From the human T2T-CHM13v2.0 reference genome, Homo sapiens: a stretch of DNA of 64,000 nucleotides. This document shows positions 1 through 13,939 of the stretch, in pieces. Each line of letters starts with the position of its first letter. The first letter of the stretch is position 1. The DNA lies in the NCBI RefSeq assembly GCF_009914755.1, contig NC_060931.1; one strand, given 5' to 3'. Below the pieces are notes generated by a model. The model saw only the letters and a program-made list of their open reading frames with translations. It was not told where the DNA came from and searched no databases. A program made the translations under genes and the position numbers.

Positions 1-1450
1 TTACCTGACTTCAAACTAAACTACAAGGCTACCATAACCAAAACAGAATGGTACTGGTACAAAAACAGGCACATAGACCAATGGAACAGAATAGAAAGCC
101 CAGAAATAAGGTCGCACATCTGTGACCATCTGATCTTCAACAATGCTGACAAAAGCAAGCAGTGGGGAAAAGATTTCCTATTCAAGAAATGGTGCTGGGC
201 TAACTGGCTAGTCATACACAGAAGATTGAAACTGGACCCCTTCCTTACACCATACACAAAAATCAACTCAAGATGGATTAAATACTTACATGCAAAACCC
301 AAAACTATAAAACCCTGGAAGACAACCTAGGCAATACTATCCTGAACAAAGGAATAGGCAAAGATTTCATGACAAAGACATCAGAAGCAATCACAATAAA
401 AGGCAAAATTGCCAAGCGGGATCTAATTAAACCTAAGAGCTTCTGCACAGCAAAAGAAATTATCAACAGAGTAAACAGACAATCTACAAAAAGGGAGAAA
501 ATATTTGCAAACTATGCATCTGACAAAGGTCTAAGATCCAGAATCCATAAGGAACTTAAACAAATTCACAAGGGAAAAACAAACAACCCCATTAAAAGGT
601 GGGCAAAAGACATGAACAGACACTTCTCAAAAGAAGACGAAGACATACATGCAGCCAGCAATCACATGAAAAAATGCTCAACACCACTGATCATTAGAGA
701 AATGCAAATCAAAACCGCAATGAGATACCATCTCACACCAGTCAGAATGGCTATCATTAAAAAGACAAAAAAATAAGATGCTGGTGAGGTTGCAGAGAAA
801 AGGGAACACTTATACGCTGTGGTGGGAGTGTAAATTAGTTCAACCATTGTGGAAGGCAGTATGGTGATTCCTCAAAGGGCTAAAAGCAGAACTACCATTT
901 GACCCAGCAATCCCATTACTGGCTATATATCCAGAGGAATATAAATCATTCTACCATAAAAACATATGCATGTGCATGTTCATCGCAGCACTATTCACAA
1001 TAGCAAAGACATGCAATCAACCTAAATGCCCATCAATGACATAGTGGATAAAGAAATTGTGGTACATATACACCATGGAATACTATGCAGCCATAAAAAT
1101 AACAAGATCATGTCTTTTGTGGGAACATGGATGGAGCTGGATGCTATTATCCTCAGCAACCTATTGCAGGAACAGAAAACCAAATACTATGTGTTCTCAC
1201 TTATAAGTGGGATCTAAATAATGAGAACTTACGAACACAAAGAAGGAAACAACAGACACTGGGGTCGACTTGACAGGGGAGGGTGGGAGGAGGGAGAGGA
1301 GCAGAAATGATAACTACAGGGTACTGGGCCTAATACCTGGGTGATGAAATAATATGTACAACAAATCTCCATGACACGTGTTTACCTATGTAACAACCCT
1401 TCACATGTGCCCCCAAACCTAATATAAAAGTTACAAAAAAATTAAAAAAC
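1..1450 (+). mobile_element. LINE-1 3' portion (ORF2 C-terminus plus 3'UTR and A tail), older L1PA-type, continuing upstream of the window
   Basis: ORF2-like peptide in ORF 369..776 ([23 protein letters not shown]); G-rich 3'UTR near 1276; aatataaaagtt then A-rich tail. Confidence 0.93.
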
Positions 1451-2448
1451 TTTGTAAATGAAATAATAAGTTGAAAAAGTAGAGGACAGTGAAATAATAT
1501 TTTTCTATAAATAGCTAAATTCATAGATGGAAATTTCATAAAACAGATATTCTTTAAAACAACAAGAATGTAAAGAGAAACAGGACTGCTCAAAAATAAT
1601 AACTATGAACTTGGGAATATAAAATACATATCTACATATTAATATTTGAGTATTTAGCTTTAATGTGGTTAAGTTTTTTAAAAATCACAGCAAGCATTTG
1701 CAAATAACTATTCCAAATGCTCCAAAGTTTTCTAATACACTGAACCAAAACCATTTTACTCTATTTTAAAAGATTTCTGTAAATATTGGATTAGGAACTA
1801 TGATTATTATTCTCAGGATACCTATGACATGGATGAGCAAGACACATATGAAACAGGTTTGGAATAACACCATAGTGTTTGTGGCTAGGTGTGATGTGAT
1901 CAGATTAGATTGTCACATAACCTCCGAGGAAGAAAAATCAATCTTGGAGGAGGTTGGGCTGCAGCTTGCCCAGAGCCAAAGCAGGATTTGGACTAGCACA
2001 GTGGCAGAGGCAGGGCATTTTACACAAGGAATACCATGCCTATGCCAAGGGGTAACAAAGGGGCTGAAGTAGAGGGTATTTGTGAGAAGTAAGGAAAAAG
2101 ACAAGCTTGGGAAGGGGAGATGGTACAAACTACCAAAAGTCCTGAAGTACCAGGCTAAGTCCCACAGACTCATTTTATGTTTCAATAAGAGAGAAATGTA
2201 TGCACATGTAACGTGATACTGTTCATAAAGAAAAAGTTTTTAAAAAGAGAAGTGATGAAAACGAGAACTGAAAAATTTTAATCTGTGAATGGCGCTCACA
2301 ATGGGTAATGAAGAGGGCTGAAAACTAATGCCATCACAAAAGGAACAAGGCCCTGGATGGCAGGGGGGCAGCTTAGGGAGTAAGCATAGAGGTGGGAATA
2401 CAAAATAAAGGCAGTAAAAGTTAGTAAAAATTTGGTTAGAAGTAATTA

Positions 2449-2553
<105 letters not shown>

Positions 2554-2989
2554 CTAAAAAAAAAAAAGAAAGAAAAAAAAGAAGAGGCAAGATTAAAGAA
2601 AAACAACCCAAAGAAATTTGAGATGTGAGAAACACCGTGACTAACAGTTTTCATATTATATCAAATGCAGACTAAGTTAACAGAAGTCTGCTCCTCTCCC
2701 TAACCACTGTCGGTAATGATTTTTAAAGCTTAAAATATGTGGAACATGGCACTAACAAATTTCAACACCCCCACTCTTCTTATTTTTTCCAAAAGGTTCA
2801 GTGGTTAAATAAGCCCATGAAAAAGGGAAGGCATACGCAAGAAGACAGTAGTTCCACTAATGAGGTAAAGGTCAAATGAACACATTTAAGTTTCACAAAA
2901 GAGTTAGGCAGGACCAAAAGTAATTATTTAAGAATTGGAACAACATCATATGCTTTTAACCAGAGTGAATATAATAAACAGACATTGAT

Positions 2990-3170
2990 TCTTTTTTTTT
3001 AACTATTAGGTTCAAGGGTACATGTGCAGATTTATTATATAGGAGTTTGTTGTGTCATGGGGATTTGTAGTATAGATTATTTCATCACCCAGGCACTAAG
3101 CCTAGTACCCAATAGTTATTTTTTTCTGCTCTTTCCCCTGCTCCCACCTTCTACCCGCAAGTAGGCTCCA
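2990..3170 (-). mobile_element. Short 5'-truncated L1PA 3' end
   Basis: Poly-T then gggtacatgtgcag...ttcatcacccagg...tacccaatagtta, the reverse complement of the L1 3'UTR. Confidence 0.8.
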
Positions 3171-3240
3171 GAACAATGTTTCTAATAGGGCACAACAGTT
3201 GCGCATTTCATGAATTAGGTTTCAGTTGAGAGTTCTACAG

Positions 3241-3463
3241 CAGTGATTCTCAACTGTGGGCAGTTTTGTTCCCCAGGAAACATTTGGTATTGCTTAAAGA
3301 CATTTTTCATTGTCACAGTTGGGGATGGGGGTACAAGTGTGTTACTAGCATCTAGTAGGTAGAGGACAAAGATGCTGCTAAACATCTTACGGAATACAGA
3401 ACAGCCCCTATAACAAAGAATTACCCAGCTCAAAATGTTGATAGTGCCATGGTTGGGAAACTG
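3241..3463 (+). mobile_element. MER20 (hAT-Charlie DNA transposon relic)
   Basis: cagtgattctcaac...catctagtaggtagagg...gatgctgctaaacatc...aaagaatta...ggttgggaaactg. Confidence 0.88.
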
Positions 3464-3739
3464 TTCAACAGGGAGGTATAAATCATCATTTACTTGATGT
3501 AAAACCCTAGGTCTTAGTTATGGGCTTTTAGTGTGAAAATAATGACTGAGGCTCAAAACACGTAAAATCAAAAATGTAAATATATTATACACACTTCAAA
3601 GATAATATAATGAAGATAGATAGTTTTGGCTCATACAAATGATCAAAATCAATGAGCAAAGGTAAAATATAGGACCCTTAATCATTAAATTCCTAATCTA
3701 TAACCCTTAATCTCTGGTAAAAATAAATATACAACGTAC

Positions 3740-3744
<5 letters not shown>

Positions 3745-3792
<48 letters not shown>
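3745..3792. repeat. (TG)24 microsatellite
   Basis: Seen directly. Confidence 0.98.
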
Positions 3793-3796
<4 letters not shown>

Positions 3797-3858
3797 CATA
3801 TAGTTTGCCCTCCATACAGGAGCTCAGAGTCTAGTGAGAATAGTTAAAACGTTATGCA

Positions 3859-3946
3859 TGTTGAGTAACCCAAAATCCAAAATCTGAAAGTGTCCAGTGA
3901 GCACCTTCCTTTGAGCGTCATGTTGACACTAAAAAAGTTTCGGATT
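3859..3946. mobile_element. Tigger4/Zombi-type DNA transposon fragment
   Basis: aatccaaaatctgaaa...tcctttgagcgtcatgttgacactaaaaaagtttcggatt resembles the Tigger4a consensus. Confidence 0.65.
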
Positions 3947-4539
3947 CCCAAGCATAGGAGTTTGGGAAAGCTGAGGCACTTGGGAAACCACAAGACATTC
4001 AGTATATATGGAGTATAAGTGCCTGGAAGAGACAGAGGCAGCAAGAGGTGTACTTTGTATAGGTTACTAAGAAGTTAGGAATTTATCCTAAAGGTACCAG
4101 GAAACCAATGATGGGTTTTAAGCAATAGACAAAATGTGGTTAATGATTTGGATTTAGGAAAAACCATGTTGGAGAGTAAACTGGACAAATTAGACTACAA
4201 AAAGGAGTACAACTATAAGGCCACGGCAGTGGTACAGAGCTGCTGGAGAGTGAGAGAGGGAGCTTGAAAAGGAGAGAGCCAGAGAAGACCGCCTAATTTT
4301 ATGTTTAAACTCGGCACGAGTCTTCAGCTAACTATCAGTAATGCATGTGCAGAGCAAACTAAATGCGGCTTGCAACTGAGGCTTAAAGAAGTGAACTGAC
4401 TGAGGTGTGGCCAACTGAAGGTATGACAGTACACAGTTTGAGTATAACCAAGCTAATTGCCTGTAAAGCAAAATCACCAACATGCTTATAAAAAAAGGTA
4501 AAAAAAAAAAAATCCTGTTTCTACACAACATAACATTCA

Positions 4540-7230
4540 CAGTGTTCAGGATTTATTCAAAATTACTACACATATAAAATGCTAGGAAATTTTATCAATT
4601 CTCAGGGGAAAAGACAATCAAGAGATGCTTAACCCTGAGATGAACCAGACTCTAGAATTATCAGGCAAGAACCTCAATGAGGCAAGGAAAAATATGCACA
4701 CAATAAATAAAATAATAGGAAATCTCAGTAGAGTGAATGAAAATGTAAAAAAAAAGTTATATTTAAACTTAAAAATTATAGTAGCTGAAATTGTAAAATT
4801 GACGGGATAGGCTTCGTAGAAGAATTATACGTAGAGATGACCAAGGAAAGAGTCAATGAACCTGAAGACAGAATTAACAGAAATCTCTCTGGAGAAGAGA
4901 AAAAATACTAAAAAATAATTAAACCTAAGAAAAAACTGCAAAATGTCTAATATACTGGTAACTGGAGTCCTGTAAGAAAAGAAAATAATGGGGCAGAGAG
5001 AGAATGAGGCAGCAAAACTACTCGGCAGGGAAAAAGGCCTCACGCTAATCAAAATAATGAAAAGCATGAATTTACAGATTCAGGAAAATCAGCAGATCCC
5101 AAACAGGATAATTTTGATGAGAACTATGCCTAGGCACATCATAAACTGTTGAAAACCAAAGATAAACAGAAAATCTTGAAACTAGCCAAAAAAAAAAAAA
5201 AAAAAAGATTACATACAAGGGAACTAATTTTAATAAGTAATGTCTTCTTATCAGAAAGCATGGAGGCCAGAAAACAGTGGAACATATTTTAAGTGCTAAG
5301 AGAAAAACATCTTTCAAACCCATATTTCTATTTTCTGTATAAACATCCTTCAAAGATGAAAGTGAAATACATTTCTGGCAAAAGAAAATTAGGAGTGTTC
5401 TTTGCCATCACACTCACATGATAAACTTTAATTTAAGCTCATCAGATTTTAAATGATGATTTAAAATAATCATTAAAAATCATCATTTGGCTGCTCTGCC
5501 TATGAAGTATCCATTCTTTTGTTTCTTTTCTTAATAAACTTGCTTTTACTTAAAAAAAGGTAAAACCATCAACATTTAATTCTGTTATCAGAATTAAATT
5601 AGAAATCAGTAACAAGATATATGCAGAACCCAAAAGTAATTAGAAATTTTAAGAACACATTTCTAAATAATCCATGACTCAGATAAGAAATCACAAAGGA
5701 AATTAGAAAAATATTTCAAACTGAATGAAGATACAAGTATAACACAGAAAAATTGCAGTGCTTAGTGGAAAATTTACAACGTTAAATGTTTATTTGTGGG
5801 GAAAATGGTCTAAAATCAATGATGTAAAGTCTCAAGTAAATCTTAAAAAATAGCAAAGAAAACTCACAAATCCAAAGATAAACAGAAAGTATTGAAACTA
5901 GCAAAAAGTAGAAAATAAAGAAAGATAAAAGCAGAAATCATTGAAACAGAAAACAGAGAAAACTAGTAAAGTTAAAAGCTGTTTCACTGAAAAAATTAAC
6001 ACAGTTGCTAAACTCCTAGCTAGATTGATCGAGAAAAAAACAGGAAGAGAACACAAATCAACAATATCAAAAATGAAAAAGAGGTTATTCTTATAGGTCC
6101 TAAAGACATCAAAAAGATAGTTAAGTGAGCTCAGCACAGTGGTTTATCCCTGTAGTCCCAGCCACTTCAAAGGCTCAAGCAGAAGGATCCCTTGAGCCCA
6201 GAAGTTCAAGGCTGTAGCACGCCATAATCGTGCCAGTGAATAGCCACTGCACTCCAGCCTGGGCAGCACAGTGGAACCCTGTCTTTAAACAAACCAACCA
6301 CAAAAGGATAGTAAGTATTACACAGATTATTCTGACAAATTAGATAACTAAGATGAGTAGACAAATACCTTCAACATCACAAAGTATCAAAGCTCATTCA
6401 AGAAGAATAGATAACACAAATAGCCCTTTCTCTATTAAATGAATTAATGTGTAGTTATAAGCCTTTCCACAGAGAAAACTACAGACCCAGATAGCTTCAC
6501 TGGTGAATTCTACTAAACACTTGAGGAAGAAAAACAAAAACAAAAACAAATTCTACACAAACTCTTCTAGGAAACAGAAGAGGAGGAAACACTTTCAAAC
6601 TCATTTAGTGAAGCCAGTATTAACTTGCTACCAAAACCAAATAAAGACATAGAAAATTTTATGACAATATACCTTATGAATATAGATGTAAGTAAGCATC
6701 CTTAACAAAAATTAAGTAAATCAGTATCCAGGAATACATAAAAGGATACATTAAGTATCCAGGAATACATAAAAAGGGTAATACATCATGACTAAGGTTG
6801 GTTTGATATTTGAAAATAAATTACTATAATATACTTCATTAGCAGAATAAAAGAGTAGAGCCATATGATTATTTCAATAGATGCAGAAAAAGCTATTTAA
6901 TGAAACTTAACACCATTAATAATAAAAAATAGAAAACTAAGAATAGAAGGGAACTTGTTTAGTCTGACAAAGGCCTTCTATCAAAAACCTACAGCTAACA
7001 TTATTATATCATTAACCTATAGCTAATACTATACTTACAATAGTAAAATACTGAATGCTTTACCCCCAGGTCAGAAACAAGTAAATGAGGTCCATTCTTA
7101 CCAGTTCTATTCAACACTGTACTGCAGATCCTGGACAGTGAAACAAGGCATGGAAAAACAGGCATAAAGATCAGAAAGTAAGAAATAAAAATCCCTATTT
7201 GCATAAGATATGGTGGTTTACATAGAAAAC
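4540..7230 (+). mobile_element. Degraded old L1M element (ORF1 and ORF2 remnants), interrupted by an LTR fragment and a FAM
   Basis: A-rich L1 motifs: ggcacatcata, cagatagcttcactggtgaattctac, aatagatgcagaaaaagc, aaaacctacagctaacatt. Confidence 0.8.
6126..6290 (+). mobile_element. FAM (fossil Alu monomer, 7SL-derived)
   Basis: Alu-like monomer retaining the 7SL-like gtgaatagccactgcactccagcctggg. Confidence 0.75.
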
Positions 7231-7759
7231 TTTATTGCTGGGTGAGGTTTCCCACTTAGGAAAAATATGAAATAGGAAGAGAAGAGAGCATCTTGGGGAA
7301 TGCCTTCATTTCAAGGATGGGTAGAAACTAACAACTAACAAGGAAACTGAGAAAGGAGATTAGATTATATTTCCTATGCTCTTTACAAAGCAGGGAAATA
7401 TGTTATACATTTTAAAAAGATTTACCTAAAATAGTTAAAATTACAAAAATATTGGAGCCTCAGCAATCTGGAATATTCCTTTATATAGAACATCAAACCC
7501 ACACAAAAAGGGAGAAAGAAGCATTGCCATATATAAATTTGGCAATGTAATCACTATCTGCACAAGACAAATCTCAGTAAAAAATGGATCAGAATTACTG
7601 GACCAAGGGGTTTAAATGGTACTTATATAGCTATGGTGGTTATAATGAAATAACTCTAAATGTATACTCAATATTAATTATGTCATTCATAACATATTAG
7701 ACAATGTTTAGAATATGTGATGATGGAGACTCTGCATCTGCTCTCCACCCAACCCCTGC

Positions 7760-8160
7760 TCTGCTCGCTCTCCAACTTCACTCCTGCTCCTTTACTCTCA
7801 CTCACTCTGCTCCAGCCACTCGGGCCTCCTGGCTGTTCTGTGACTATTACAAGCCTGTCCAATTCAGGTCTCTATTCCTGGAACACTTGCCCCAGATGGC
7901 TGCTTGGCTCACTCCTTCACTTCCTTCAGATTTTTGCCAAAATGTCTCTTGATTGGAGAGGCCTATATAAAATAGCACTTTCCTTCCATCCCCATTCTCT
8001 ATCCTTTACTGTGCTCTATTTTTCATCATAGCGCTTATCACCACTGGGCTCCTCACTACAATAAAAGCTCTACATGGGAAAGGACTTTATTTGTGACTTT
8101 CACTGTGTATCACTAATACCTGGCATGTGACAGACAATAAATATTTTTGAATAAATGAAA
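7760..8160 (+). mobile_element. L2 3' end
   Basis: ctcactctgctccagccac...cctggcatg...caataaatatttttgaataaatgaa. Confidence 0.7.
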
Positions 8161-9739
8161 AAAAAGAATACGTAATGATGAACCTCAAGCCTAAAATAAC
8201 ATTTAATTTTGGATAAAATCTCAAGGTAGAGAAGAAAGGACTGTTATATGTCTATATCTATATTTTTCAGTAAGTTAAAAAGTATGTTTAATATCTTCTC
8301 TATGAAATAAAATCAAGCAGATTTCTGGGTTGGGCTGCAGGCATTTATACATCGTAACTCTCTACCTTGAATTCAAAGTGACTTATTAAATTTCCAACAA
8401 TTTTATGAAATTCAACATTCCTTTTTATTCTAAGTCAGGTTTTTTTTTTACTTTTTACTTAATAAGTCATAACAGTTTTTTATAAGACTTAAATAGCAAA
8501 GTTAAAACTTTCACTGAGTGTATTAACATGAGCAATGAAGTCTCTAACTGATGAGGCCACTGCAGGAGGGCCTTGTACTTACTGCTAGTCTTCTGTTATC
8601 GAGTTCGAAAAGGCAAAATTGGTATGCCTTAGCAAAGTACAGACCCAGCTACACACAGCACTGGTCCTGGTAAGCAAACCTCAGAGTCACGGCTGCAGCC
8701 CAAGATTAGGGCAATTTTCCCTGCACTGACTCCAGCTAATATATTAAAAGAATAATCTTTGTTGTCTGTCAAAAATAAAGATTCAGAGAAACTACCCTAT
8801 ACTGAAATACAGTCTATGAGTAATTTCTATTTTTAACTCTCCAAGTGATTTTTATCATCAAAGTGAAGGCACTCTGTCTTAATCCAGAGAATGGACCTTC
8901 TGAAACTGTGGGTTGTGTCTGACCATTAGAGGTCAAAAAAATCATTTCAGTGGGTCAGTATCGTAATGTTTTAAAAAGTAATAGACTAGCATAGAAAATA
9001 TTAGAATGCGTACACAAAATAAGGATAAGTATTACTTTGTGAAACTTCTGTATCAATTATGTGTATAGAAGTACACTTTATGCAATTACATATGTAGGTA
9101 TATATTTATAAATGCTTATTACGTATGAGGGCACAAAGTAAAATGTACTGATTTTGGGTAGTTATCAAAAAAATGTTTGATAGTTACTGCTAGAAGAAAA
9201 AAATGTGGAATTATAGAAGAGTATCCATTCCCGGTCTGGAACCAAGAATGTTAAGACTTTAAGATTTGTCATATTGACCTGATTTTATGATCATTGATAC
9301 ATATGCCAACCTTACTAAAAACAATTATTTTATTATGGAAAAATATTTTAAAGCACATTAGGGGAAAAAGGGATATAGAGAAAACATACAAGTATACTTC
9401 TAATACACTGGGGGAAAATAGACTGTCTCCTTCTCTTACCCTCAATGAATCAAATCCATTCATATATGAATTTAGTGTCCTTACATTTTGGTGCCTGTTA
9501 AATCCTCATTCCCTGTAAATTCTAAAGCATTTGACTTTAGAAGCTCCCTTCCCCTTTAGGATTTGTGACACAGTATTCTCCTAATTTTCTTCCTTCTTCT
9601 GATTGTTCTTTCCTTGTTTGCTCTTTTCTCTAAATATGTGTTTCTCCATAGGATTTACTTGTAGACTTTCATCTCAATTTTAAAACTCTCCCTTAGAGAT
9701 GTAAATCCAATCTAATAGTTAAAATTTATTACTCTTGTG

Positions 9740-9880
9740 TAGGCTTATTGTACCATTTTATAGATGCAGAAACTAAGGCAAGAGAGAGCTTATTTACTTG
9801 TTTGAGGTCATATAGCTGGTTAAATAGCTGAGATAGGATTCATATACAGGTAGTTTGGCTCCAAAGTCTACGCTTTATGG
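9740..9880 (-). mobile_element. MIR
   Basis: ccattttatagatgcagaaactaaggca...gaggtcatatagct...ggattca; MIR core in reverse. Confidence 0.75.
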
Positions 9881-10265
9881 CCTTAGTTACTTACTCGCCA
9901 AGTACTAAATAAATATTTAGCAAATAAAGGAAAGATGGTGGCAAGGTGTAGTAGACATAACTCTTCAGAGTTAATGAGGTCTGCATTTACCAGCGATATG
10001 ACCTTGAGCAAGATATTATTTCTAAGATATATAAAGTGGGAACACAAATACGTAACTTGAAGGGTTGTAGTAATATTTCAAAATGTGCCTCTCTAGTACT
10101 CTTGATAATATGCTTGTTTTTAAAAGAGATACTGTCAACTACATATGGCTCTGAATCTCATACCATTATTGTTTATGCAATTTCCTAAATAATAGAAAGG
10201 GGGTATAGTTATGTTTGTATAGAAAAAATGAGAATATATTCTGGTTTTATGCCTCAGTTTAAAGT

Positions 10266-10486
10266 AGGGTTTCTCAACCTTGGCATTACTGACATTTTGG
10301 ACTGGGAAATTCTGTTATGAGAGAGGGGTGGGCATTGTCCTATGCATTGCAAGATGTTCAGCAAAATCCTTGGCCTCTACTCACTAGATGCCAGTAGCAT
10401 CTCTACCATGTCATGACAATCCAGAATGTCTCCAGATGCTGTCAAATGTCACCTGGGGACAAAATGATTCTGCTGGAGAACCACTG
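10266..10486 (-). mobile_element. MER20, inverted relative to the copy at 3241
   Basis: agggtttctcaaccttggca...ctctactcactagatgccagtagca...ggagaaccactg. Confidence 0.88.
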
Positions 10487-10785
10487 CTCTACTGGAATAA
10501 TACTGGGTTGTACTGCCATTAGATAAATACATGTAAGACTTTTGCTTCTATGTACACAACTGTCATAAGTAGAACACAATCTGTAGACACCAAAAGGGTC
10601 TATTTTTAAATTCTAGAAAACATAAACACACTTGTTATCTATTCTCTTTAGGATAATTATCAACATGCTACTTTTGTATATATAGAGGATTCTGAATTAT
10701 TATAAAATGTGACATTGCCCACTCAGCAAAACAAATAATCCTAAAACCACTTTGATCTATAGAGTCAAAGATTAAATTCTTTTAC

Positions 10786-10848
10786 CTTTAGAGCTGAAAT
10801 TATAGTTTGCTCAGCTGCCAGTGGGAATGAGCTCTGACTGGAAACAAC
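10786..10848 (-). CDS. COG5: COG5 coding exon (63 nt; probably exon 16, cassette-type): VVSSQSSFPLAAEQTIISALK
   Basis: Acceptor ccttgttctag|GTT, donor AAG|gtaaaa; 21 codons, phase 0-0; translated by hand. Confidence 0.92.
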
Positions 10849-12215
10849 CTAGAACAAGGTTTTGATCCAGTTATAGTTTCGCTTAAGTCTATTTCTGTAA
10901 ATACTAATTTTGATCATAGCATAATAAAGCTGTTTCCACAAAGTATATATACAATATTATCATTGCTTTACAGTAATATCTTATACATGATTTTAAAAAT
11001 CAGTATTTATTAAGATAGGTTGAAAAATAATTTTGTGTATAAAGCAAACACATACTTCAAATAACATTAATAAATACTAAGAGCTAGGTTTCCTTTATTC
11101 ATGTTACATAGGTTTTAATTATAAAGTTTTAACTTGAAAAGGTCAGAATAAAGCCATATTTACTCATTTCTTTCACTCATGTCTTTAGGCTGACTCTGAT
11201 TTCCAACAAGTCTTTAAAATAAAAATGTCAGCATTTCAATTTTTACAAATCAATACAAACATCATGAAAATTTTGAAAATATCAATAAAGACATTTAAAG
11301 CAGGCTAGATAGAACACAATCTTTCCTTGCTTGTGGTGCTTTGGAGTAATGATTAAAGAAAATGGAAAATACATCATTTAGTGTTTTTTAATAATTTTTA
11401 CCCTTCTGAGATTTACCTGTTAATAACTCTTTAACATGTATTTTGTTTAATGTGTAAAATACACATTTTTAGAAACCGCTAATTGATAAAAGGACTTGTT
11501 AAAATCTTTAAATAAGTGAGTAATAGTCACTTAGAATTATTCTAAAACACAATCTAGTATATTAAAGCTTATACTATAAGTCAAGTTTTCAAGAACATCA
11601 TTTAACCATTAGCTTTCTTCAGGTCTCCTAAATTATTATCTTCCCATTTATAAAATATTTCAAAAATGACCTATAGAGAATAATTAAGCACAAGCTACTC
11701 CAGAGTCACAGATGGACTTGAAAGTGTTGCTTTTTTAGTAATTAACAATACAGTTCACCTTAGACATAATATATGAAGACAAACAAGGTTCAGCCATTTC
11801 TTTCAAATTTCTAGTAGAAAAATAGCAAAATGAATACATGTTATCTATGTGTAAGCAGTCATCAGTGATTATATCATAAAAATTCAGTTTTGAATACAGC
11901 TCCTCCCTGACTTTTTAATGCAAAGATATTAATAGAACATTTTTGACATGTTGGAGGGCTTCAGCATTCTTATTCTGTCATTAGCTTTGCTATAATTTAC
12001 TACCATCCACAGTGTATCAAATTACATGTTTCAATAAGTATGAAATATGTATGATCTGTCCTCCAATAATTTGCTCAATAAACTTAATTAACTTGAGGAG
12101 CTATAGTTCATGTGTTTTAAACTGAATGTACAAACAAAAAGTCATACAAACAACGAAGGCCAGAGTCAAAGACTGTTTAAAAGAGTTAACTCCTTAGTTT
12201 ATTTTATAATCATCA

Positions 12216-12533
<318 letters not shown>

Positions 12534-13939
12534 ATTCTTTAACCGGGGAGAAGTTCATGCCCCTCTGACAAAGAGAATGTTAACTGGAAATATTCAGGTC
12601 AACTTAAAGCTTTGGACTTGAGGTAAAACCAGCAATCTGTGTAGAGAAAACACCATGGATGTGGAAGCACAATTGGTCTTGCACGGGAAGAACAGCTCCA
12701 TTTATACTTCACAGCTGATGGACTCTTGAGGCAGGTGTGACCCAAATGCCCCATGTGTGCTATTATTTTGATATAATAACATAGTAATCCTAAGGAATAC
12801 CTTCCGGCAACTGCCAGTTGGGCTCTTTCTATTCAAATGCTCAGAAATAAGCCCGCAAAAAAAGGGAGGAGGAAAGGAGAGAAGAGAGAGACGGGAAGGA
12901 GGGGGAAAGGGGATGGCTAGACAGAGAAATAAATAAAAATAAACCTAAATCCCATGTATATTTGATAGGCATCCTAATACACTAATGAAATGAATTGTGC
13001 AAAGAGGGTATTACTATGATTTTTTATAGATTAAAAAAAAGCCCAAAATTATACTGTGTATAGATGATCAGTAGACGTGGTATTAAAAACTTTCTACACT
13101 TGACCTTTAATTTACTTCTAAATTCATGAGTTTTAGGGAAACGGACATGGAATGCTTTATTGAGTTAATCTCTTAACTGTCATGGTTCAAATTTAAGAAA
13201 AAAAAAATATCAACCATTCTCATATTGATCAGATTTTAATCCAATCCTTTATAACAATTATTATTTAAAGATAAATTAAACTTGATCAGGACATAGAAAG
13301 TATAACCAGGTTAAACAACTCCAATTTATTTTGACTTTCCTCATGGACAAAGATAATCACAATTGCAATCAAGCTGTGTTCTAAGGTGGTGGCCTGAAAA
13401 TATATTTATTTTCCTGTAGAACTACCTTAAAAAGATAATGCTTAACCACTTAGAAGAGCCCACAAAATCCAACTTAATCAATAATGTGGTGAACTAATAC
13501 TAACAGAAGCTCTGACCTCCCAAGAGAAAGCAAATGATGGGCTCTGTGCCAAGGTGAGGAGGTGGAGAGGCTCCTGAATAAGGCACTCTGGAAGTGTAAG
13601 TGGCCATGGTGAGTGGCATCGGTGGGTATGGCAGACTCGGGGCAGGGGGGGTCAAATGCTAAACATACATCTGACTATAATGGGCATTTAAAAGTTACAA
13701 GCTCTAGCTGTACAATTTAAAAAATCCAACCTCTCTTACTTCTCTTGAGATTCTCTTCAATCAATTTTGAAGAACAAAGAAATGGGAAAGGGGAAGAATT
13801 TTTATGTTATTTTATTTCAATTTGTTTTGTGTGTTCAGTATTTAATGAGTAGATATGCTTGCTGCTAGAAAAGGGTGGAGATCCTTTATTATTGAGGACT
13901 GATCATATTTTGGGGGTTTCAAAGTATAGACAGGTCCAA

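Noticed and set aside
369-776. 135-aa ORF
   Set aside because: Fragment of a decayed L1 ORF2 bounded by stops and frameshifts
8500-8760. Slightly GC-richer unique block with a minus-strand gtaagt near 8580 as a hidden exon or enhancer
   Set aside because: No convincing acceptor or frame; the COG5 frame already joins 10786 to 2553 cleanly; regulatory function cannot be judged from sequence alone
3241-10486. Inverted MER20 pair as the ends of a 7-kb composite transposon
   Set aside because: Each is a self-contained, diverged MITE; no transposase between them and no shared flanking TSD seen
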